Part shown: piece by piece, positions 36,839 to 45,497 of the stretch | How the letters are laid out: each line of letters begins with the position of its first letter | How positions within the stretch are numbered: position 1 is the stretch's first letter | Origin: a virus | Virus record (IMG/VR): IMGVR_UViG_3300022231_000029 | Reading direction: 5' to 3' (one strand) | Length of the DNA stretch: 64,000 bases | The notes under the pieces: generated by a model | Seen by the model: the letters and a program-made list of their open reading frames with translations, nothing else | What the model was told of the DNA's origin: nothing | Database searches by the model: none | Position numbers and translations under genes: made by a program

Positions 36839-37110
36839 TTCTCTTTCCTTTTCATGAAAGGTCTCCACTGGAGAACCCTTGATTCTGAGATCCATTTGAA
36901 TAAGTACATCAGGAGAATGCAGACGAACCAGACAATGCTCACAGGTATCGAAACGATGATGAAAGCAGAGTGGCCAAGGATCTGTCCCAGAGTTTTTTCT
37001 CTCCAATGGGAATAGACAGTATAAATGTCTATCGAGTCAGTGGCGACGATGATGGCGCACACTGAAACAGAGATGACGAGACTGAAAAAGATAATATTCC
37101 CGATAATCAT
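36835..37110 (-). CDS. small membrane protein
   Basis: two TM helices; ends SRVLQWRPF. Confidence 0.7.
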   Translation of the reverse strand: MIIGNIIFFSLVISVSVCAIIVATDSIDIYTVYSHWREKTLGQILGHSAFIIVSIPVSIVWFVCILLMYLFKWISESRVLQWRPFMKRKEK

Positions 37111-37412
37111 AAATCTCCTTTTAAGACGAAATGACGATCACTTTGATAATGAGTTGTGATGAGTGCTTTGTTTTGCATACGGCGAAGAATTGTTCCGGCC
37201 TTCATGAGAAGCACCGACCATCCAGGAAGAGATTTATTTCTTCCCACGCGACGACCGGGCTCCCAGAGCTTATTGTCTGGCCAGAGATGACGAGCTACTT
37301 CCCACGCAGATACGCCGGAATAACCCTGATGGTTAATTTCTTTGTGATACTTCTTTTTCTCTTTGATGAATGCGAGAACTTTTTCCTGAGTCGGAGTAAT
37401 TTGTCTTTTCAT
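37107..37412 (-). CDS. winged-helix-like DNA-binding protein
   Basis: ITPTQEKVLAFI...VSAWEVARHLW...ILRRMQNKALI. Confidence 0.55.
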   Translation of the reverse strand: MKRQITPTQEKVLAFIKEKKKYHKEINHQGYSGVSAWEVARHLWPDNKLWEPGRRVGRNKSLPGWSVLLMKAGTILRRMQNKALITTHYQSDRHFVLKGDL

Positions 37413-37585
37413 TTGTCTATTCCTGTTAAATACGAGACTGAACCTTTGTTCAGCGGGATCAACTTCATTCGAAGGCGGTTTTGATCCACTTAAGGGATTA
37501 CAAGTTCCTCTATCCCGAAATCAACGATAAAAAATTCAACCTGATTTGAAAACTTAATTATTATGTCTAAGTGGCAGAAATCGGG

Positions 37586-37849
37586 TCAAATATAAATTAT
37601 CTTTTCGTTCTCATCATCTCTTATTTGAACTTTGGGCCAGTAGTTCCATCCGCATTCGCATTGAAACATGAGATTATTTACTTCTGATACAAACATACGC
37701 TTGAGAGCATAGGTATGCAGTTCTCGGGAAATATCATCCGGGGAATCAAGACGAAATTCGCCGAAGCCGTAAACAATCTGGGAAATCTGTTTTGTTAATT
37801 GAACCCCGCAGCTCTCACACTCTTTATGAACTTCATTATACATCCCCAT
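37586..37849 (-). CDS. Zn-binding hypothetical protein
   Basis: start moved to ATG 37849 (GGAGG RBS); CESC...CECG. Confidence 0.65.
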   Translation of the reverse strand: MGMYNEVHKECESCGVQLTKQISQIVYGFGEFRLDSPDDISRELHTYALKRMFVSEVNNLMFQCECGWNYWPKVQIRDDENEKIIYI

Positions 37850-38225
37850 CTTTATCCTCCCACTTTTCAAAATATTCATGAGCGCGTTCTGAGAGACAGT
37901 AAAGCCGGAGCTGTGGATCTTCGTGCTTATGAGGCATCTTCGTATTGTCTTCCACCATCTGAAGCACTCTCTCCGCTTCTGAGAGACGATATTTGAGCTG
38001 ATCAAGCTCCACTGCCTGATCCACTGAGAGTTGAATGAACTCTCTTGTATCGGGAGATATGGCCTCTACAAGTTGTTTCAGCTCTCCACTCTCCAGGACT
38101 CCGACCTCATGATACCCGATAACACACCCAAGGCAGTACGTCCCGAAAACGTAATCAGGGCCCTCAACGATGGTTGCGGAAATCCCATGCTTCACTTCAT
38201 GGCCACAAGTTGCGATTATTGTCAT
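37836..38225 (-). CDS. hypothetical protein
   Basis: start moved to ATG 38225 (ATGA overlap). Confidence 0.65.
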   Translation of the reverse strand: MTIIATCGHEVKHGISATIVEGPDYVFGTYCLGCVIGYHEVGVLESGELKQLVEAISPDTREFIQLSVDQAVELDQLKYRLSEAERVLQMVEDNTKMPHKHEDPQLRLYCLSERAHEYFEKWEDKDGDV

Positions 38226-38515
38226 TCGACACTCCATTTTTCTGTGTAAGCTTTCGCACGTTCGATGTTCTTTTTGTCATTGTAGTACCCGATGTTCATA
38301 CATGTGCAATAAACAGTCTTTCCGGATATCTTAGCAGGACAAAAATCTGCATGGTCATGAGTGAGAAGAAAGTCAGTGATGACAGCATTGGCCTCTTCTA
38401 CTTGTCTTGTCATATCGAGAAGACACTGAACGTATTTCTTTTCAATCTCCCAGAAATTGTTCGAGACTTCTTCCAGCTCATTGATGATCTTCTGGGTCTT
38501 TTCCTGAATACTCAT
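38222..38515 (-). CDS. hypothetical protein
   Basis: ATGA-coupled ORF. Confidence 0.65.
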   Translation of the reverse strand: MSIQEKTQKIINELEEVSNNFWEIEKKYVQCLLDMTRQVEEANAVITDFLLTHDHADFCPAKISGKTVYCTCMNIGYYNDKKNIERAKAYTEKWSVE

Positions 38516-38829
38516 CTCTCCTCCTTCCGGACATACCCAACAGCAGGATCATAATAATGAAGCCCGCCATCTTGCTCGCTGAGCATATCTTCAGAGAAGA
38601 GGAGACCTACGATCCTGGATAATTGTTTTGCTTTACAGGCGATGGTAGCGGCCTCTTGTCGCTTCACAAAGCGATTATGGCTCGTGAGAAACCCTTGACT
38701 ATCAGCTTTCTGGCAAAACAGCTTATCCTGATCCGTGATCTGTCTAATGCAGTCGGCATGACGGGCCCCAAGATAGATTGTTCCTTCTTTGTCCTTCACA
38801 GCGGCGTGAGTGATGTATTCGAGAGTCAT
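38512..38829 (-). CDS. conserved phage hypothetical protein
   Basis: ITHAAV...GARHADC...QGFLTS..RFV.RQEA...LFSED pattern. Confidence 0.7.
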   Translation of the reverse strand: MTLEYITHAAVKDKEGTIYLGARHADCIRQITDQDKLFCQKADSQGFLTSHNRFVKRQEAATIACKAKQLSRIVGLLFSEDMLSEQDGGLHYYDPAVGYVRKEER

Positions 38830-39146
38830 GTGTACCTCCCGTCATTTGGGATTTCTCGAAAATATTTGTTATAATGTCCTCGCCCGGCATAACCCGCCAT
38901 CTGCCCAGGAAATACTACTGTACCGCCGCACCAGTTGTTTTGACAGTTGCAATCAATCCAGGCCAGTCTTAAAGCACCATGGCCAGGACTTCCTTTTTCT
39001 TTGTCGTCAGGGTCGTGAACAAAGATAGATCCTTTCGGATGATCAGGAAGATCGAAGAGAGTTTCGAAGGCACGAAAGTATTTATGCTTAATCTCGGGAA
39101 TAACCAGTTCGCCGACATAGTTTCCTTTCTCGTCGTAGACTTTCAT
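38826..39146 (-). CDS. hypothetical protein
   Basis: ATGA-coupled ORF. Confidence 0.65.
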   Translation of the reverse strand: MKVYDEKGNYVGELVIPEIKHKYFRAFETLFDLPDHPKGSIFVHDPDDKEKGSPGHGALRLAWIDCNCQNNWCGGTVVFPGQMAGYAGRGHYNKYFREIPNDGRYT

Positions 39147-39319
39147 TCTTCCTCCAGCGTAATAGTTACGTTTTTATGAATGCACACTTCGCCGTTTCTG
39201 CCCTGGACAGGAATCCCGTCCCGGTTTCCGCAAGCGGAAAGGTGGTCGCTGCGCACTTTCGCGAGATAGCTCACCAGGATGACGAGCAAAGTTCCAAGAA
39301 TGATTAACACATATCTCAT
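39143..39319 (-). CDS. small membrane protein (58 aa, not in ORF track)
   Basis: translated by hand: MRYVLIILGTLLVILVSYLAK...; ATGA overlaps at both ends; GGAG RBS. Confidence 0.6.
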   Translation of the reverse strand: MRYVLIILGTLLVILVSYLAKVRSDHLSACGNRDGIPVQGRNGEVCIHKNVTITLEEE

Positions 39320-39618
39320 ACAGGCTCTCCTTTGATTGCTGGTTGAGTAGGATCAACTCGACCCTCAAAGCTTCCTTCATAAGGGCATTTCCCGTGACTG
39401 GTGATGACGATTTCGCCGAGACCCTGTTTGATGAACGTCTCATGCTCATCAACCTTCACTTCCCAGACATCAATAGTGATTTCTGTTGCTAGGTGTTGGT
39501 ATTTCACAAAGTCCTTCACCCACTTCGCATCATCCGGAACGGGTCGGCCGCGCTGGATTTCAATTAACTTTTTCAATCTGATCTCCTGTGTATGAAAGAA
39601 GTGGTCTTCCACTTTCAA
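39316..39618 (-). CDS. hypothetical protein
   Basis: operon ORF. Confidence 0.6.
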   Translation of the reverse strand: MKVEDHFFHTQEIRLKKLIEIQRGRPVPDDAKWVKDFVKYQHLATEITIDVWEVKVDEHETFIKQGLGEIVITSHGKCPYEGSFEGRVDPTQPAIKGEPV

Positions 39619-40372
39619 TGAGTTTTAAAACATTATCATGATCTTCGAGAGCTTTGAACTTGTGAGCGAGCTTGCACATACCGATCAGCAGATCATGAAA
39701 GAACTGTGCTGACTTATGTGAGTAAGGCATTTCAACAGTGCCATAATCCGGCTTACTAAGCTTGAATCCGTTAAGTTTCACCATGATTCCGAACTCGTGA
39801 TCCGTGCGAAGATGACTGTAGTCATCACACAGAAGTTCTTTGTGGCCACATGGAGATTCATATTTAATTTCAGTGCTACCGTCTTGAGTGATCTTACAAA
39901 AGACTTCTGCGTAAACATTTACCGAATAAGACTCAGTAGTGCTGAGAGCATGATTGTCGCCATACCACTCACCCATTTTCTTTTTGTTGTAATCTTCATC
40001 ACTAATGGCCGTAGATTCAAATCTCCCATCGTTGTAACGATAGTAGGAGACATTTGAATGAACCTTATAGAGGATGACCAATTCTTTATGAACACCGGAT
40101 GCTCCAATGCGATTACAAATAATCTTAAGTGTTCCTTCCAGATCGTGAAGAGTGCTAGTTGTCAGGTTGTTATGGTTCCGTCCAGACAGGCTAACTTTAT
40201 AGCGATCTTTCGCGTCCAATTCTTTCAGATATGATTCAGCGAATGGCATGAACTCGTCAGGAATTTTGAAGTAAAACTTTCCGGCGGCATCAATATTGAT
40301 ATCCCCTTTCAAGGTTACTCTTCCTCCAGCAGCTTTGTTTGCGCCTGTAGCAAATGACTTTAATCTTGGCAT
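39560..40372 (-). CDS. hypothetical protein (270 aa)
   Basis: start moved to ATG 40372 (AAGGA RBS). Confidence 0.7.
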   Translation of the reverse strand: MPRLKSFATGANKAAGGRVTLKGDINIDAAGKFYFKIPDEFMPFAESYLKELDAKDRYKVSLSGRNHNNLTTSTLHDLEGTLKIICNRIGASGVHKELVILYKVHSNVSYYRYNDGRFESTAISDEDYNKKKMGEWYGDNHALSTTESYSVNVYAEVFCKITQDGSTEIKYESPCGHKELLCDDYSHLRTDHEFGIMVKLNGFKLSKPDYGTVEMPYSHKSAQFFHDLLIGMCKLAHKFKALEDHDNVLKLIESGRPLLSYTGDQIEKVN

Positions 40373-40400
40373 TTCTATTCCTTTGTCTTTTCGTTTTCTG

Positions 40401-40715
40401 TTACTTGCTCGCGAGACAGTCCCCACCCGTGTTGTAAGCGTCCCATGCAAGCTCACAAGTATTTTTATCGCTACAGTTGAAGCAAGTAAACTCTTTCTTT
40501 GCTTCTTCAACGTCAGCACTTCTTGTCACACCTTCTCCGATAGCGAGGGCCACCCAATTATTAACTTGCTCTTCCGTTGGCGGTGTTTTAAGAACCCATT
40601 CCGTGTAACGATTGCACACCGGGCATTTCACCTGTTTATGAGTCTTGCTCTTTTCCTTTGCCCACTCGTGCCAATCGGCATATCCCTTTGGCCCTTGGGG
40701 AGTGCAGCAGCTCAT
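40401..40715 (-). CDS. Cys-rich hypothetical protein
   Basis: CPVC and CFNC...C...C. Confidence 0.65.
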   Translation of the reverse strand: MSCCTPQGPKGYADWHEWAKEKSKTHKQVKCPVCNRYTEWVLKTPPTEEQVNNWVALAIGEGVTRSADVEEAKKEFTCFNCSDKNTCELAWDAYNTGGDCLASK

Positions 40716-41089
40716 ACTTGCTCCTCGCGAGGAAATTTGTTCTTATCAAAACGATTCAAAAGAAAGTCGATCTTCTCCACCATACTCTTTCTTCCGTTTT
40801 TGGAAGACCAGTCGAAACGATCCTGGATGTAATCCATGACTCGCGGAAGATCGAACTCTTTACAAACCTTGCAATCATTTAAGATCTTTGTGATCTCGCT
40901 GATTACCCGAACTTCCTCATCCATCGGAAGTCCCTGAATGATTCCTTTCTGAATGCGGATTTCAATATCCCATGTTTTCAGAAAGACACTGGCCATACCA
41001 CGAAACTTTGCGACTTCATCTTTGTCGCTAGACTTGTGAAGCCCTTCCATGATTTCCATCATGTGTTTGAACATTTGATTATTGATCAT
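40712..41089 (-). CDS. hypothetical protein
   Basis: GGAGG RBS. Confidence 0.7.
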   Translation of the reverse strand: MINNQMFKHMMEIMEGLHKSSDKDEVAKFRGMASVFLKTWDIEIRIQKGIIQGLPMDEEVRVISEITKILNDCKVCKEFDLPRVMDYIQDRFDWSSKNGRKSMVEKIDFLLNRFDKNKFPREEQV

Positions 41090-41299
41090 TTAATCCTCCG
41101 TTACAGCAGAAATGTCAGGACAACGATTGTATCCGCAAGTACACCACCATTCGCGATGTACCGGATAGATCGGAATATGCCACTTCCAGATTTTTCGACA
41201 TTCGATTATTTCAAAGCATGAGATATGGTGATACTCACCGCGAAGGTTCGCTTCGGTCTTCAGAAGGCAATGCCACCAGACCTTTATCCAGGAAATCAT
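41090..41299 (-). CDS. small Cys/Trp-rich protein
   Basis: start moved to ATG 41299 (ATGA overlap). Confidence 0.55.
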   Translation of the reverse strand: MISWIKVWWHCLLKTEANLRGEYHHISCFEIIECRKIWKWHIPIYPVHREWWCTCGYNRCPDISAVTED

Positions 41300-41616
41300 T
41301 TTTTCTCCAGGTCTGCCCAATCAGGGCCAAAGAGTTTGTACTTCAAGCACTTCACCCAGGCCGCATCCGCAACCTGTGTGTTGTGATAAGTCTTGTCAGC
41401 GAAGTCGATAGCATTCTGAAGAGTCTTGATCGAAATGAAAATCTCGCCATCTCTCGCCATCATCTCTTCGCAATTTGAAAGAAGACGCGAGAGACGATAA
41501 TCCGGAAGATGAAACTGCGTGTGATCGTCTGAGATATAATCAAAGACAAACTCGCTGTTGAGCTTCCCAAGACGCTCTTTCAGATTTTTTGTGTACTCAC
41601 CCATTTCTGTTTTCAT
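41296..41616 (-). CDS. hypothetical protein
   Basis: ATGA-coupled ORF. Confidence 0.65.
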   Translation of the reverse strand: MKTEMGEYTKNLKERLGKLNSEFVFDYISDDHTQFHLPDYRLSRLLSNCEEMMARDGEIFISIKTLQNAIDFADKTYHNTQVADAAWVKCLKYKLFGPDWADLEKK

Positions 41617-42203
41617 GCGCCTCCTAAGATTTCATTGAGCTTAAGCTCGCCGAGAGCGCGACGGAGCTTCCCCATGTCAGCTTCGTAAAGACGTTGCTTC
41701 TCACGCAGATCAATCACGTTCTGTTCTGTTGCCTGACGAGCGGATTGAAGCCTTTGAATCGTGTCGTTCTTTTCAGTGACCGTTTTCTGAAGATCCTTGA
41801 TGATCTCTTCGTCCTTAGAGCATTTCTCTTCGATGTCAGACTTTTCCTTTGCGATACGATGGATGGAAATCGCCATGTCGCTGATCACATCAGAGGCCAT
41901 ACGTCCGACTAGGGCGAAAGTTCTTTTCTGAACAGTCGAAACAGACTTGTTGTGATACTGCATTCCGTAACTGGAATTATTCTCCGTCCAGTTTTCAGTA
42001 TGAGTTTTCGTCGTGTCTTCCTGGAAGCACTGGAGAATTTTCACATTGTGAAGCTCATGCTTTCCTTCCTGGAGTTCAACATAATTGAAATCCACAAAGT
42101 CTGAAGGAGAGACACGTCCCTCCTCCTTCAGTTTTTCGTTATATTGCTTGATCACTTCATCCGGAGTAGGAAGTTTCAATGCGTCGTTGAGTAACCCGTG
42201 CAT
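41613..42203 (-). CDS. coiled-coil hypothetical protein
   Basis: GGAG RBS; long C-terminal heptads. Confidence 0.7.
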   Translation of the reverse strand: MHGLLNDALKLPTPDEVIKQYNEKLKEEGRVSPSDFVDFNYVELQEGKHELHNVKILQCFQEDTTKTHTENWTENNSSYGMQYHNKSVSTVQKRTFALVGRMASDVISDMAISIHRIAKEKSDIEEKCSKDEEIIKDLQKTVTEKNDTIQRLQSARQATEQNVIDLREKQRLYEADMGKLRRALGELKLNEILGGA

Positions 42204-42213
42204 AACTTCTCCC

Positions 42214-42570
42214 TTATTCCGTGATGACAGAAAGAATTTCGTCTTCTTTCATGATCACATACGTTTCATCGCCAAACTTTACATCCGTTCCCGACCACTG
42301 TCCGAATACCACCGTGTCTCCCGGATTCACCGTGAGAGGGATCACTGATCCGTCCTTCTGGCGATGCCCAGGCCCCACCGCGATCACTTTCCCACGGCCC
42401 GGCTTGTCCTTGTGACTATCCGGAATGATAATCCCTCCAGGAGTTTTTGTTTCTGACTTCTCACGCTGAATAAGAACACGATCTGCTACTGGTTTGAAGT
42501 GGCAATCAGGAGTCTTCGACTCCATCGCGCTTCGCTTATCAGTGGCTTCGCCACAAATTGTGTTTTCCAT
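42214..42570 (-). CDS. groES: co-chaperonin GroES (Cpn10) with N-terminal extension encoded by a hairpin arm
   Basis: KPVADRVLI...TPGGIIIPD...GKVIAVGPG...V.PGDTVVFGQWSGT...MKEDEILSVI. Confidence 0.95.
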   Translation of the reverse strand: MENTICGEATDKRSAMESKTPDCHFKPVADRVLIQREKSETKTPGGIIIPDSHKDKPGRGKVIAVGPGHRQKDGSVIPLTVNPGDTVVFGQWSGTDVKFGDETYVIMKEDEILSVITE

Positions 42571-42990
42571 AATTACTTGCTCCTTTCAATGAATGATGAA
42601 AATTTGATTAATCCTGATTCCACAGATGGAATCATTTCCTGAATTGATTTGTAAAGAGGATCAGAAGAGAACTCTTCTTCCATTATTTCCATCTGAGTTT
42701 TAAATTCATACAGCGAACCTTTTGCATATCCCAGATAAACCAACAATGCTTTAAAAGAAGAATCTCTCCCCACTCCTTCAGAAATGTTGGAAGAAATGGA
42801 AACGGATGATCTCAGCATTTGCTGCCCGATTGAAAACTGATCTGCTCTATCCATCGTCTTGAAAAGTTTTCGAAAGGCTTTTGCTAAATTTACCGAATCT
42901 GCATATACCGACATTTCCGAAAGTTTCATAAATCCTCTATGCGCCTTGGCGCTGATAAGCGAAGCGCGATGGCAACGCAGTTGCCTGATC
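42504..42990. mobile_element. hairpin-arm cassette B carrying a four-helix-bundle gene
   Basis: 18-bp perfect IR 42524-42541/42953-42970; each end reads hp-TGATAA-GCGAAGC-GCGAT-hp-TGAT outward. Confidence 0.75.
42573..42929 (-). CDS. four-helix-bundle protein (23S rRNA IVP / Avd-like family)
   Basis: DQFSIGQQMLRSSVSISSNISEG...AKGSLYEFKTQ. Confidence 0.88.
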   Translation of the reverse strand: MKLSEMSVYADSVNLAKAFRKLFKTMDRADQFSIGQQMLRSSVSISSNISEGVGRDSSFKALLVYLGYAKGSLYEFKTQMEIMEEEFSSDPLYKSIQEMIPSVESGLIKFSSFIERSK

Positions 42991-42995
42991 CCCGG

Positions 42996-43355
42996 CTAAT
43001 CGAACAATAATTTTGATGCTGCTTTAGCTGCCACTCCACCCACTGCCGTACCCACAGCAATATCCATCGCCGTAGGGCCTCCAGCAACTTGCCTAGGGCC
43101 CGATGGTCTCTCCGGAGGAAGCGTAGGGGGTTTTGCTCCGAACTCGTCTCGGGTGTTTCTCATGCAGTATGCGAAAGCTGAACTCGGGTTATGAAAGTCG
43201 CCAATGCAACTCTCAAAATAAGCTTTCTCTACCACAGACAGCGCGCTGAAATATTGCATCTGATTCACCGTCATGCGATCTCTCCACGTAAGCTCAGGGC
43301 CATCATTCCCGCAGCTCACCAATACGATAAGCATCATCCAGATAATCGGCTTCAT
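42996..43355 (-). CDS. lipoprotein
   Basis: signal peptide with lipobox LVSC. Confidence 0.75.
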   Translation of the reverse strand: MKPIIWMMLIVLVSCGNDGPELTWRDRMTVNQMQYFSALSVVEKAYFESCIGDFHNPSSAFAYCMRNTRDEFGAKPPTLPPERPSGPRQVAGGPTAMDIAVGTAVGGVAAKAASKLLFD

Positions 43356-43669
43356 TCTCCGTCCTCCATTGTGTTATGAATAAATTGTCGTGAAAGCTTC
43401 ACGAGCGAAAATACTTTTTTGTTTTCTTTGAACTGAATGCCCATCTTGCATGGTGAAGACTGATACAAACGAACTTCAGCGAGCTGGGCAACAATCGCCT
43501 CCAGGTCTTGATTTCGTTGTTCGAGCTTTCTGATGTGATCGTACACCCGAGGAAGGATCTCAGTCGCCGGTGCCGAAAGCTTTTGAAGAAACTCTTCCTT
43601 TTTCACGAAAAGAGGGATCATGTTTCTCTCAAAGAGCCAGTCGAAAAATTTGCGCCAATCGAATCCCAT
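43352..43669 (-). CDS. hypothetical protein
   Basis: GGAG RBS; ATGA-coupled to lipoprotein gene. Confidence 0.65.
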   Translation of the reverse strand: MGFDWRKFFDWLFERNMIPLFVKKEEFLQKLSAPATEILPRVYDHIRKLEQRNQDLEAIVAQLAEVRLYQSSPCKMGIQFKENKKVFSLVKLSRQFIHNTMEDGE

Positions 43670-43809
43670 GTCTATTCTCCTTGTCTATTCTCGAAAAGCT
43701 TATCGAGACGGTCTCTCACCCGTCAAATAAAAAGTAGAGTGAGCGAAATCTTTTGAGCTTGCTCAATAAGATTTCCGAGCGAGACTTTGATAGCGGCGTA
43801 GCCGAAACG

Positions 43810-43840
43810 AAAAAAGGGGCGCATGGCCCCTTTTCTTTTT
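43810..43840. terminator. intrinsic terminator
   Basis: GGGGC-gcatg-GCCCC flanked by A- and T-runs. Confidence 0.75.
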
Positions 43841-43858
43841 CATCAATGTGAAGAGTGT

Positions 43859-44209
43859 TTAGATTTTGACAGATGAACCGAAAACATCATCCGGTGAAAA
43901 TTGCCCAAGTGTGCATGACGCGAGATCAACCTTCCAAGTCATGACCATCGGGATCTTGTCTTCCTTCTTGCCCTTGAGCTTCAAGCTGACATTGAAAAAG
44001 ACCGGGATAAAGCTCTGGCCATCAACCACAAAAACATTCTCCGGATATTTGATATCTGTCGCGACCGCTGTCCCGTTACCGCCAGATACCTCCATAGGAC
44101 TCTGGACGACCTTTAAAATGCCTTCCCGAAATACCTCAATGTCACACGAGGCCCGCGCCATGGAAAGAGTCATAACGATAAATGTGAATGCAATAAGGAT
44201 AAGTTTCAT
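43859..44209 (-). CDS. secreted/periplasmic protein
   Basis: start ATG 44209; signal peptide MKLILIAFTFIVMTLSMARA; RBS in terminal hairpin of cassette C. Confidence 0.7.
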   Translation of the reverse strand: MKLILIAFTFIVMTLSMARASCDIEVFREGILKVVQSPMEVSGGNGTAVATDIKYPENVFVVDGQSFIPVFFNVSLKLKGKKEDKIPMVMTWKVDLASCTLGQFSPDDVFGSSVKI

Positions 44210-44213
44210 GGGA

Positions 44214-44684
44214 CTCCTTTGGAGAAAAGCCTTCGGCAACAGTGGCTTCGCCACAAAAGCCTTCGGCAATAAGTTATTTATTATTGTAGGACTCGATGAT
44301 TTTGTATAGTTGCACTTTTATCGCATTGGTTTCACTGATTAATTCCTTCGCGTTGACCCCAGCATCTTCATCCAGAATCATTAATTGAGAAATAACCTCA
44401 CATGATGAGCTGTAAGCATAATTCAAGAAGGTGAGCGTTTGAGCTTTTGAATTTCTCCCAAACCCTTCAGCAATATTTGACGAGATAGAAATCGCAGCAC
44501 GAATTATCTGTGAACCGATGGTAAACTAATCGAGCTTATCCATCGACTTCACCATCGCACGAATCTTCTTTGCGTTTCGAATCGCATCTTTAAATACTGG
44601 TGAGTTCAATTCCTTTGCCATAATTATTCCTAGATTGCCGAAGGCTTTTGTAGCGAAGCTACTTTTGCGCCAATGGCGCTTTTT
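44214..44684. mobile_element. hairpin-arm cassette C carrying an interrupted four-helix-bundle gene
   Basis: arms ATT-GCCgaaGGC-TTTT-GT(A/G)GCgaaGC(T/C)AC-T(T/G)TT-hp-TTTT in inverted orientation; compensatory stem changes. Confidence 0.75.
44274..44621 (-). pseudogene. four-helix-bundle gene with one in-frame TAG (44526-44528)
   Basis: translated by hand: MAKELNS...MDKLD*FTIGSQIIRAAISISSNIAEGFGRNS...YNNK; frame intact across the stop. Confidence 0.8.
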
Positions 44685-44890
44685 GCCTTCTGATCCATCT
44701 TCCCCCAACTCTTTCTGCCAATCATCACTTCCAGACAGTTATTCATGATTTCCGAAGAGTGCTGTACCTGAGCAGAAGTCTTTTCTTGAATCGTCGTCGA
44801 TCCGACGTAGATTCCGAAGAGAAAAGACAGAACCATCAAAAAGCAACACAGTCTGTGCCCCTTTGGGATCGGATTGCAGTGCTGGCTCAT
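44630..44890 (-). CDS. small membrane protein whose C-terminus is encoded by the cassette C arm
   Basis: start 44890 (ATGA overlap); TM LCCFLMVLSFLFGIYVG; ends KSAIGAKVASLQKPSAI. Confidence 0.55.
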   Translation of the reverse strand: MSQHCNPIPKGHRLCCFLMVLSFLFGIYVGSTTIQEKTSAQVQHSSEIMNNCLEVMIGRKSWGKMDQKAKSAIGAKVASLQKPSAI

Positions 44891-45078
44891 AAGTGTGCTC
44901 CGATCACTTGAAGGATAACCGCGAGTGCGAGCATGAAACCGCAAACGCGGGCCTCTGCATCCGTAGTCAATCCATGATCTTTACCCGTCATGATCCCGGC
45001 CGTGATGTAGCAACTAGCCGCTACAAAGTGGCAGATGAATTCAATGAATCCCCTGTCGATCGTAAACTCAATGTGCAT
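44887..45078 (-). CDS. two-TM membrane protein
   Basis: hydrophobic helices; AGGA RBS. Confidence 0.6.
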   Translation of the reverse strand: MHIEFTIDRGFIEFICHFVAASCYITAGIMTGKDHGLTTDAEARVCGFMLALAVILQVIGAHL

Positions 45079-45457
45079 ACTGACCTCTTATTCCTCTCAA
45101 CGTCACAAGAAGCTGTTTGCGAGAAGTGACTGCTTTCTTCTTGATGAGCTTTATAAAATGATCTTGAAACATGGGTGGCATGACTGTGATCTCATAGGCC
45201 ATATTGAAGTCTGATTTCGCGTCCTGGAGAATTTTTCTCCATGTTCCGCCGATCGTTGCTACTTTCTTTAAGCGGTGAACCTGTGACTTGCTGATACTAA
45301 GATAGGCAGCAATTTTTCTTTCCGAAAATTCTTTCGAGAGCTTCAGCACTTTATCTGCCGTCTCGAAGTAATCTTCAGGAAGTCTGGTCGTGCAAACTTT
45401 GTTTTTTACTTTTACAGTTTCGAACTTTTCTCTGAGTTCTGTGATAATAGCTTCCAT
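45068..45457 (-). CDS. HTH DNA-binding protein (ParB/KorB DNA-binding-domain-like)
   Basis: SERKIAAYLSISKSQVHRLKK followed by short helices. Confidence 0.6.
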   Translation of the reverse strand: MEAIITELREKFETVKVKNKVCTTRLPEDYFETADKVLKLSKEFSERKIAAYLSISKSQVHRLKKVATIGGTWRKILQDAKSDFNMAYEITVMPPMFQDHFIKLIKKKAVTSRKQLLVTLRGIRGQYAH

Positions 45458-45468
45458 TCATTTGTCCT

Positions 45469-45494
45469 TAAAAAAGAAAGGGCACAAGGCCCTT
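45469..45494 (-). terminator. intrinsic terminator
   Basis: AAGGGC/GCCCTT stem followed by T-run on minus strand. Confidence 0.6.
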
Positions 45495-45497
45495 ACT

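Noticed and set aside
42573-42929. 23S rRNA gene with intervening sequence
   Set aside because: Flanks are protein-coding; no rRNA sequence is present.
43750-43806. Additional hairpin-arm element (TTGAGC-tt-GCTCAA, CGGC-gta-GCCG)
   Set aside because: Hairpins are present but there is no matched inverted partner; more simply explained as a promoter/terminator region.
44526-44528. Genome-wide TAG-to-Gln recoding (code 15)
   Set aside because: All long genes (765, 867, 723 and 714 aa) are open in code 11 and several genes end in TAG; this is the only in-frame TAG I found in a recognisable gene.
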